A program made the position numbers and the translations under genes. Positions 57,156-64,000 of a DNA stretch of 64,000 bases are shown one piece after another. The notes below the pieces were generated by a model. That model was not told where the DNA came from and ran no database searches. It saw only the letters and a program-made list of their open reading frames with translations. The number at the start of each line of letters is the position of its first letter. The first letter of the stretch is position 1. The DNA is from Chloroflexota bacterium (GTDB lineage: Bacteria; Chloroflexota; UBA6077; FW602-bin22; JAMCVK01), in NCBI GenBank assembly GCA_023475225.1, contig JAMCVK010000028.1, positions 9,962-73,961 of the forward strand, given 5' to 3'.

Positions 57156-58952
57156 TCAGTGCTTCAGGAGATACACCTGGTTCATGTAGCGATTGCCGGG
57201 GAGGGCAGTCGTATCCATCCCAGTCAACGTCAGCCCCTTAACGTACGGCTTCACTACAATGAACCGCTCATCGTAGAAGAAGAAGATCACTGGGGCATCA
57301 TCCACAACCATCTTTTGGGCCTCAGCCCACATCTGTAAGCGCTTTTTCTCATCCGGCTCGGTAATGGCCTTCTTCATCAGCTCATCCAGCTTCGGGTTGC
57401 TATAGCCGGTATGGTTGTTGCCCGCATCGGTGCCGAATAGCTCGGGAAGCCAGTTATCTGGATCCGGATAGTCGGCGCCCCAGCCATAGAAGCCCATCTG
57501 ATAGTTCATAGCGTTGATGCGCTTGCTGAACTCCGCCGGCTCCAACGGTTCTAACTTGACCTCGACGCCCAAATTATCCTTGAATTGTGCCTGAGCGAAC
57601 TCGGCCATGATCGGGTTGGCACCCGTGTTCGCATATTGAAGCGCAACAGGCGGCAACGACTTGGGATCGGCGTAGCCGGCCTCCTTCAGCAGCTCTTTAG
57701 CCTTCTGAGGATTGAGTTTATATTGCAGGCCAAGGTCTGGCTGATGGCCGGGCATTCCCGGTGGGATCCAGCTGTAGGCCGGCTTACCGACACCACGGCG
57801 GATCTTGCTGATGAACGCCTCGCGATCAACCGCCATGGAGAAGGCCTGGCGCACCTTGACGTTATCGAAGGGAGGCTTCTTGTTGTTGAACTGGAGAGCA
57901 AAAGTGGCCAGTCTAGGGCCGCGCCTGATCTGGTCCTTCATCTTTGGATCAGCTTGCACAGAGGGTATGGTCGCTAGCGGCACACGGGCGATCTCCCTCT
58001 CTCCGGCGAGATAGGCTGCATAGTCAGCGTTGATGTCGGTGACCATCAGAAGAGTGATCTTTTGCAGCTTGGGCTTCTCACCGTAGTAATTGGGGTTGGC
58101 CACCACGGTGATGTGATCCTTATGCACCCACTCGGTCATCTTGAAAGGGCCGTTACCGATATAGGTGGCTGGATCGTCTGTCCACCTTTCCCCCTTAGCG
58201 CTGATGATGTCCTCACGAGCCGGGTACATCGCCCAAAGGGCCGCCAGGGAGTTGAAGCTGGCCCGTGGCTCCTTTAGGGTCACCTGGAAGGTGTAATCAT
58301 CGAGTGCCTTCACTCCTACAGCCGCTCTTAGCTTGGCTAATTCCTCGTCTGTCGGTTTCTTGGGCTTCGCTTTCGTCCCTAGAGCGGTGTTGTACTCCTC
58401 CGCGCCGACAATCGTGTAGTAAAAGGAGGCATACTCAGCCGCATTCTTGGGATCAAGCAGACGCATGGTCCCGTAGACGAAGTCCTTAGCTGTGACCGGC
58501 TTGCCGTCGCTCCACTTCACATCGTTGCGCAGCTTGAAGGTATAAACCTTGCCATCAGGGGAGATTCCCCCATTAGCCACCGTGGGTACCTCTTTGGCTA
58601 CGGCAGGGACAAGGTTAAGGTCCTTGTCGAATTTTAAGAGGCCCTCAAAGACCAGCGACTCGACGGCTATGGAAGCGTCCCAGGACGATAGGTTTGGATC
58701 CAACGTGGGGGGCTCACCAGCTATATTCACACGCAGATGCTGATCAGCCGCCAATTCCTCCTTAGGTGGCGCCGGCGTCGGCGTGGCTGCCACGGCCACC
58801 GTTGGGGTAGCCACTGGAGCAGCCGGTGGGGCCGCTTTAGTAGGCGTTGGCGTCGGCGGAGGCGGTGCGGCACAGCCGCTGAGCGCTCCACCCAACGTAC
58901 TCAAGACGAATGCTACCATCACTATCATGGATAGCACCTTGCTTCGAGACAT
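57156..58952 (-). CDS. Peptide ABC substrate-binding lipoprotein (family 5) with a Pro/Thr/Ala-rich tether.
   Basis: Lipobox LSGCAA followed by PPPPTPTPTKAAPPAAPVATPTVAVAATPTPAPP. The body is SBP_bac_5-like. GGAGGAGGAA lies directly upstream of the ATG. Confidence 0.8.
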   Translation of the reverse strand: MSRSKVLSMIVMVAFVLSTLGGALSGCAAPPPPTPTPTKAAPPAAPVATPTVAVAATPTPAPPKEELAADQHLRVNIAGEPPTLDPNLSSWDASIAVESLVFEGLLKFDKDLNLVPAVAKEVPTVANGGISPDGKVYTFKLRNDVKWSDGKPVTAKDFVYGTMRLLDPKNAAEYASFYYTIVGAEEYNTALGTKAKPKKPTDEELAKLRAAVGVKALDDYTFQVTLKEPRASFNSLAALWAMYPAREDIISAKGERWTDDPATYIGNGPFKMTEWVHKDHITVVANPNYYGEKPKLQKITLLMVTDINADYAAYLAGEREIARVPLATIPSVQADPKMKDQIRRGPRLATFALQFNNKKPPFDNVKVRQAFSMAVDREAFISKIRRGVGKPAYSWIPPGMPGHQPDLGLQYKLNPQKAKELLKEAGYADPKSLPPVALQYANTGANPIMAEFAQAQFKDNLGVEVKLEPLEPAEFSKRINAMNYQMGFYGWGADYPDPDNWLPELFGTDAGNNHTGYSNPKLDELMKKAITEPDEKKRLQMWAEAQKMVVDDAPVIFFFYDERFIVVKPYVKGLTLTGMDTTALPGNRYMNQVYLLKH

Positions 58953-59135
58953 TTCCTCCTCCTTACTTCATAACAAAAAATATGGGTTTATCCGCATCCA
59001 TAATCCCTTTCCCGCTATCTCACCCCCTCCTACGTCTGGTGGACACTTCAAGACACCATTCAACCTTAAGCCTCACTTGTTAAGGAACTGCACGTCACGC
59101 AATTCTAGTCTCTCAGACCCAGAACCACCTACCAA

Positions 59136-59164
59136 ACCTTAACACTTAGTGGTGGGATTGTCAA
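59136..59164 (-). promoter_or_regulatory. Candidate sigma70-type promoter for the peptide ABC operon.
   Basis: The minus strand reads TTGACA-17 nt-TAAGGT with TG one base upstream of the -10 hexamer. It lies about 180 nt upstream of the 58952 start. Sequence pattern only. Confidence 0.3.
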
Positions 59165-59191
59165 CTTACAGGATTTTGAGCAGCATATGGT

Positions 59192-60667
59192 TCAACAATC
59201 AGGGCGCCAGCGAAGATCGGGCTTCCGAGCGGCCGCCACCTCATCGAAACGGGTAAATCTGGTCTTATGCGGTGCCATTTGTACCGATTGGGGATCCCGT
59301 CCACTTTCAGCAGCGATTTCCAGCATCGCCGTGGCGAAGGCATCTAGCGTTTCCTGGCTTTCTGTCTCTGTGGGCTCAATCATGAGAGCCTCTTCTACGA
59401 TCAAAGGGAAATAAATAGTTGGGGGGTGATAGCCATAATCCATCAGCCGCTTGGCTATATCGAGTGCGCGCACCCCGTGTTGCGTCTTTTGTCTCCTTGC
59501 CGACAAGACAAATTCGTGCATACACCTCCGATCATAAGGGAGATCATAGGCCCCCTTCAATTTATGCATCAAATAGTTGGCGTTCAGCACGGCGTCACCG
59601 CTGACCTGACATAATCCCTCCGCCCCAAGCAAACGGATATAAGTATAAGCTTTGACCATCACACCGAAATTACCGTAAAACGATTTTACTTTGCCGATGC
59701 TCAATGGACGATCATAGTCGAGATAATATTCCCAATCATCCTCGGTGGTACCTCGCGGGCGTCTGGAGATGATGGGAACCGGTAGGAAGGAAGCCAGTGT
59801 CCCCTTTACGGCGATAGGACCGGATCCGGGGCCACCCCCACCGTGGGGTGTGCCGAAGGTCTTATGTAAGTTAAAATGCATCACGTCGCAACCCATAGCA
59901 CCAAACTTGGCTCGACCCAGCATAGCGTTCATGTTGGCCCCATCGCAATAAACCAAACCACCTGCTTCGTGAACTATATCGGTGATCAGCAAAATATTCT
60001 CATCAAACAGACCAAGGGTATTGGGAATTGTCAGCATCAAGGCCGCTAAATCAGAACCGGCTAAAGATCTCAATGCCCCCAGATCAACCCCACCACGTCC
60101 ATCCGACGGAACTGGTGCCACCTCATAGCCACACATCGCCGCCGTTGCCGGGTTAGTGCCGTGGGCCGAATCCGGAACCAGCACCCTGCACCGTTTCCTA
60201 TCACCCCGCGCCTGATGATAGGCCCGTATGATTAGCATACCGGTCAACTCACCATGAGCGCCAGCCGCGGGTTGGAGGCTAACTGCATCCATACCGCTGA
60301 TCTCTGCCAGTAATTCCTGTAGTTCATATATCAGCTGCAAGGCACCCTGCACTACCTCCTCTGGCTCATAGGGATGGATCTGGGTAAAGCCATCCAGACG
60401 GGCCACATCCTCAGCAATCTTAGGATTATACTTCATAGTGCAAGAGCCCAGGGGGTAGAAACCGGTATCGACAGCGTGATTCAGCTGGGATAAGCGCGTG
60501 AAGTGCCGAACGAGATCTACCTCGGAAATCTCCGGCAGCTCTAATTCCGCACGGAGACTATTCTTCGGTAGAAGCTCTGCGAGAGGCACTTCAGGCACAT
60601 CCACCTCTGGCAGAGAGAAGGACGTGCGCCCTGCACGACTTAATTCAAAGATTAACGGCTCAGCCAT
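59192..60667 (-). CDS. gcvPB: Glycine dehydrogenase (decarboxylating) subunit 2.
   Basis: 491 aa. The N-terminus [12 protein letters not shown] is typical. PLP-Lys motif [17 protein letters not shown]. Confidence 0.9.
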   Translation of the reverse strand: MAEPLIFELSRAGRTSFSLPEVDVPEVPLAELLPKNSLRAELELPEISEVDLVRHFTRLSQLNHAVDTGFYPLGSCTMKYNPKIAEDVARLDGFTQIHPYEPEEVVQGALQLIYELQELLAEISGMDAVSLQPAAGAHGELTGMLIIRAYHQARGDRKRCRVLVPDSAHGTNPATAAMCGYEVAPVPSDGRGGVDLGALRSLAGSDLAALMLTIPNTLGLFDENILLITDIVHEAGGLVYCDGANMNAMLGRAKFGAMGCDVMHFNLHKTFGTPHGGGGPGSGPIAVKGTLASFLPVPIISRRPRGTTEDDWEYYLDYDRPLSIGKVKSFYGNFGVMVKAYTYIRLLGAEGLCQVSGDAVLNANYLMHKLKGAYDLPYDRRCMHEFVLSARRQKTQHGVRALDIAKRLMDYGYHPPTIYFPLIVEEALMIEPTETESQETLDAFATAMLEIAAESGRDPQSVQMAPHKTRFTRFDEVAAARKPDLRWRPDC

Positions 60668-60670
60668 TTC

Positions 60671-62029
60671 TCACCTCCCGAATTCGTCTCTGAGAACAGC
60701 GACGAGTGTATCGATCTCTTCTCGGGTGTTTGTCTCTGTAACACACATCAGCCAATAATCGCTCAGCTCTGGATAAGATCGACCAAGCACATGGCCACCG
60801 ATGATTCTTCTCGCCAGTAGCCGTTGGTTCACCTCACCAGCCGGGACAGGGCACTTCACAACGAACTCCTTGAAGAAGGGAGCCGAGACCGGCAGGGTGA
60901 AACCGCTGATTTGGGCGATTTGCCTGGCCGCATAATGAGCCTTCTGCAAACAAAGCTCAGCCACCAGACGTAGTCCTGCCTTACCCAAGGCCGAGAGATA
61001 CACCGTTGCAGCCAAAGCACAGAGAGCCTCATTGGAACAGATATTGGAGGTCGCTTTCTCCCGTCGGATATGTTGCTCCCGCGTTTGTACAGTCAACACA
61101 AACCCCCGTTGCCCTTTGGCATCAATCGCCTGCCCCACTATTCGCCCAGGCATTTGGCGGAGGAACCTCTCCCGACAGGCAAAGATTCCCAGGTACGGCC
61201 CACCAAAACTCAGCGACATGCCCAAGGGCTGTCCCTCAGCCACAACGATATCAGCCCCGTAGGCCGCTGGTGGGACCAATAAACCTAGAGAGATGGGATC
61301 AACACAGACGACAAACAGTCCCCCAGCGGCATGGATGAGCTCGCTTAGCCCAGATACCTCCTCCAGATAGCCGAAGAAGTTCGGTTGTTGTACTACCAAA
61401 CAGGCTACCTGAGTATCAATCAGGTCGCTTATCACCGCTGGATCTAGAGCAATTGATAAGCCATCTTCCCTAACCGGTTTGATACCAATCACTTCCAGGG
61501 GCAATCCAGCAGTATAGGTTCGTAGAACGGTTTGGTACTCGGGATGTACCCCTGGTGCCACCACCACCTTCGACCTCCCTGTAACCTTACAGGCCATGAT
61601 AGCGGCTTCTGCCAAGGCAGTAGCCCCATCGTAGTGGGAAGCGTTAGCCACATCCATACCAGTAAGTTGACAGATCAATGTTTGATACTCGTAGATGGCT
61701 TGTAACGTTCCCTGGCTGATCTCCGGTTGGTATGGCGTGTAGGCCGTGTAGAATTCCCCCCGTGCCAGGATATGCTCCACTACGCTGGGGGTGAAATGCC
61801 GATAGGCGCCTGCTCCCAGAAATGAGGGATAATGCTCCAAATCCCAGCTTCGCTCTGCTATCTCTCGCAACAGTCGCTTAACCTGCATTTCTGCTAGAGG
61901 GGATGGTAGGTGTAATGGTGGATTGTGCAGGACCTCAGGAATATCGTCGAAGAGATCATCGATAGTCGTGGACCCGATGACCTCCAGCATTGCTTGTCTT
62001 CCCGCATCCGTATTAACCGTATAGCCCAT
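60671..62029 (-). CDS. gcvPA: Glycine dehydrogenase (decarboxylating) subunit 1.
   Basis: 452 aa. ..SFLGAGAYRHF.P..V...L.R.EFYTAYTPYQPEISQGTLQ. Immediately upstream of gcvPB. Confidence 0.9.
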   Translation of the reverse strand: MGYTVNTDAGRQAMLEVIGSTTIDDLFDDIPEVLHNPPLHLPSPLAEMQVKRLLREIAERSWDLEHYPSFLGAGAYRHFTPSVVEHILARGEFYTAYTPYQPEISQGTLQAIYEYQTLICQLTGMDVANASHYDGATALAEAAIMACKVTGRSKVVVAPGVHPEYQTVLRTYTAGLPLEVIGIKPVREDGLSIALDPAVISDLIDTQVACLVVQQPNFFGYLEEVSGLSELIHAAGGLFVVCVDPISLGLLVPPAAYGADIVVAEGQPLGMSLSFGGPYLGIFACRERFLRQMPGRIVGQAIDAKGQRGFVLTVQTREQHIRREKATSNICSNEALCALAATVYLSALGKAGLRLVAELCLQKAHYAARQIAQISGFTLPVSAPFFKEFVVKCPVPAGEVNQRLLARRIIGGHVLGRSYPELSDYWLMCVTETNTREEIDTLVAVLRDEFGR

Positions 62030-62064
62030 ATTACACTCCCTAAAAACGAATTTGCGATGCTCGA

Positions 62065-63150
62065 TCAGAACTCGATCTTCTTATGTCGCATTACTATGCT
62101 TTCCAATAGACCGATACCGGTCATAACAGTTATTAAAGAACTTCCACCATAACTAATGAAGGGCAATGGCACTCCTGTAACAGGCATAAGTCCCATATTC
62201 ATACCAACATTCACCAATATCTGGAACAACAGCATCGCTACAATACCAGTAGCGATCAAGCGACCAAAATTCTCGCGCGATAGGGCAGCTGCTCTGACAC
62301 CGCGCCAAAGAAGGGCCAGAAAAAGCCCAAACAACACCAAAGCCCCGATGAAGCCCAGCTCTTCAGCCAACACCGAAAAGATGAAGTCGCTATACTGCAC
62401 TCGAAGGAAATGCAACTGACTTTGGGTACCACTGGTGAACCCACGTCCCAAGAATCCGCCAGATCCTACAGCGGTCAACGCCTGAATGATGCTGTAACCT
62501 GCTCCTAGAGGATCGCTATAAGGATTCACAAAGACTAGCAGCCTTGTTCTCATATAGTCGTGCATCATCAACCAGCCAAGCGGGGCTGTCAATAAGACAC
62601 TCAGTCCTAAGATAACCCAATGCTTTAATCGCACCCCAGCCATCATCGCCATACCCACCCAGATAGCCAAAAAGATGATCGACGTGCCCAAATCTGGTTG
62701 AGCTAAGGTCAAAGACACCGGTATGACCACCAGAACTAGGGAAAGTAAAACATAGCGAAAGCGCAATATCTCTTCTTCATGGTCAGCAAAGAATTTGGCC
62801 AAGGCAATGATGAGTAATATTTTAGCCGGTTCCGATGGCTGCAGTGGAAATAAACCAATGTTTAGCCAACGTTGGGATCCATAGAAAATGTGACCACTAG
62901 CTAACACAACAGTCAAAAGCACGATAGCCAGTAGATAACCAGCAAGAGCCAGATTGCCCAGGATATGATAATCGATGCTCGTAATTACAAGCATCAACAC
63001 GAGCCCCAGCAAGGCATAAACGGCTTGACGGTAGACCAACTCACTGTTAGGTAGCGTGGCGCTGAAAATCATAGCCAGGCCGTAGCCAATGAGTAACCAA
63101 GTCAGGAGGAAAAGTAAGAAATCGAAGTTCCGCCAAGCCTTCGTGTTCAA
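62065..63150 (-). CDS. rodA: SEDS-family peptidoglycan polymerase, called RodA because it sits next to a PBP2 gene.
   Basis: 361 aa, 10 TM. QPSEPAK, SDFIFSVLAEELGFIG, TGVPLPFISYGGSS. Confidence 0.8.
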   Translation of the reverse strand: MNTKAWRNFDFLLFLLTWLLIGYGLAMIFSATLPNSELVYRQAVYALLGLVLMLVITSIDYHILGNLALAGYLLAIVLLTVVLASGHIFYGSQRWLNIGLFPLQPSEPAKILLIIALAKFFADHEEEILRFRYVLLSLVLVVIPVSLTLAQPDLGTSIIFLAIWVGMAMMAGVRLKHWVILGLSVLLTAPLGWLMMHDYMRTRLLVFVNPYSDPLGAGYSIIQALTAVGSGGFLGRGFTSGTQSQLHFLRVQYSDFIFSVLAEELGFIGALVLFGLFLALLWRGVRAAALSRENFGRLIATGIVAMLLFQILVNVGMNMGLMPVTGVPLPFISYGGSSLITVMTGIGLLESIVMRHKKIEF

Positions 63151-63156
63151 ATGACC

Positions 63157-64000
63157 TTACCGAGCTGCCTTCGTCTCCTTTATCTCTGGGAGACGAAAGT
63201 AATACCGCATTATCTTCTTAACCAACTCCGCCGCATCATGCGTCCCCTTACCGTGCTCAACAAAGACGAGCACGGCGATCTCCGGATTTTCCAAGGGGGC
63301 GTAGGCTACAAACCAGCCGTGAGTGGGCATCTCCCCTTTGGCATTGGGTGTACCATATTCGGCCGTTCCTGTCTTGCCCGCCATTTTGATCTCAGGCACA
63401 TTGGCTGTATAAGCAGTACCTGCATATTTCGTACCACCCGGTGTAGTACCGACCAGCATATTGGCGCGCATGCCCTCTTTGACGGCGTTGATGTACTCTT
63501 CCCTTAGCGGTAGTTGTCTGATGGGCTGGGGATGGAAGGAGCGGATCACCCGACCATCTGCATCAGTCACTTCCAGAACCAGTTGCGGTTTATACAGTGT
63601 TCCGCCATTGGCGATGGCTGCCGCGGCGTTAAGCATCTGTAAAGGTGTTACGGTGACAAATCCCTGACCAATGGCCATATTGTAGGTGTCCCCCTTATAC
63701 CATGGCTCCCCCCAGAACTTTAGCTTCCATCCCTCGGTAGGGATATTGCCCGCTACCTCACCAGGCAGATCAATGCCGGTGTAATCGCCGAGACCGAAAA
63801 TCTTAGCATAGTCACCCAACCGCTTCACCCCTAACCCATCCCATTCCCCATTCGGTGGACCACCGCCGAGGTGATAGAAGTATACATCGCAGGAATCAGC
63901 CAAGCCGCTGATCAGGTCCTGTGGACCATGTATTCCCCAACAGGAGAACTTTGCCGCCAATCTCGGATCGTTAGGGGCATAGCGATTGGGAACCAAGATG
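63157..64000 (-). CDS. mrdA: Penicillin-binding protein 2 (class B transpeptidase). Only the C-terminal part is present; the N-terminus is outside the window.
   Basis: Transpeptidase motif KTGTAE and the ..GWFVAYAP.. region. The frame is open to the window edge. Directly upstream of rodA. Confidence 0.75.
   Translation of the reverse strand, partial: ILVPNRYAPNDPRLAAKFSCWGIHGPQDLISGLADSCDVYFYHLGGGPPNGEWDGLGVKRLGDYAKIFGLGDYTGIDLPGEVAGNIPTEGWKLKFWGEPWYKGDTYNMAIGQGFVTVTPLQMLNAAAAIANGGTLYKPQLVLEVTDADGRVIRSFHPQPIRQLPLREEYINAVKEGMRANMLVGTTPGGTKYAGTAYTANVPEIKMAGKTGTAEYGTPNAKGEMPTHGWFVAYAPLENPEIAVLVFVEHGKGTHDAAELVKKIMRYYFRLPEIKETKAAR

Noticed and set aside
58972-59007. On the minus strand, a hairpin (gggattatggatgcggataaaccc) followed by atattttttgtt. 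It could be a terminator after gcvPB or an attenuator in front of the peptide ABC operon.
   Set aside because: The stem is weak: 3 GC pairs plus AU pairs, with an internal mismatch. It also sits downstream of the only promoter-like sequence and only about 20 nt from the ribosome-binding site, so its role is ambiguous. It is not reported as a feature.
62030-62064. I looked for a glycine riboswitch or for gcvT/gcvH upstream of gcvPA.
   Set aside because: The gap between gcvPA and rodA is only 35 nt, too short for the riboswitch. gcvT and gcvH are not in the window. Nothing can be concluded beyond co-orientation with rodA.

Overview
The window is bacterial chromosomal DNA with almost no non-coding space. 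I found no rRNA, tRNA, CRISPR array, transposase or integrase. It splits into two parts.

(A) Bases 1-39037 are entirely on the + strand and form one very large cell-surface glycan locus. It contains:
- 9 cytoplasmic glycosyltransferase domains (GT4 x4, GT2 x3, one DxD GT-A, one CgeB-like).
- 7 class-I SAM methyltransferase domains.
- A Wzm/Wzt-type ABC exporter.
- An SDR + DegT aminotransferase + polyprenol-phosphate GT2 + small membrane protein module, which resembles the Arn pathway.
- A flippase-like membrane protein.
- Four paralogous ArnT/PMT-like (GT-C) membrane proteins, variously fused to a CBM-like domain and long TPR arrays. One of them is broken by a frameshift in a G7 run.
- A tightly coupled seven-gene radical-SAM cassette: two B12-binding rSAMs, one SPASM/twitch rSAM, a dedicated 2x[4Fe-4S] ferredoxin, an AsnB amidotransferase and two methyltransferases.

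The cassette is the best candidate for undescribed chemistry in this window.

Features in part A that the genes do not explain:
- A ~120-nt GC-rich multi-hairpin repeat in three same-orientation copies, each directly 5' of a glycan gene.
- A near-perfect 66-bp in-frame tandem duplication.
- A 438-bp TPR super-repeat.

(B) Bases 39153-64000 are mostly on the - strand and mostly housekeeping:
- A partial System-I cytochrome c maturation operon (ccmA, ccmB, ccmH, ccmF) interleaved with three uncharacterised single-pass membrane proteins, two of which carry zinc ribbons.
- An MBL hydrolase, trmD, a nucleoside phosphorylase and a glycogen-synthase-like GT.
- A Liv-type binding protein and a peptide ABC operon with two binding proteins.
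- gcvPA and gcvPB, rodA, and the 3' part of a PBP2 gene.

All functional calls come from motifs read by eye in the supplied translations. No database search was run. I cannot assign a taxon from the sequence alone.
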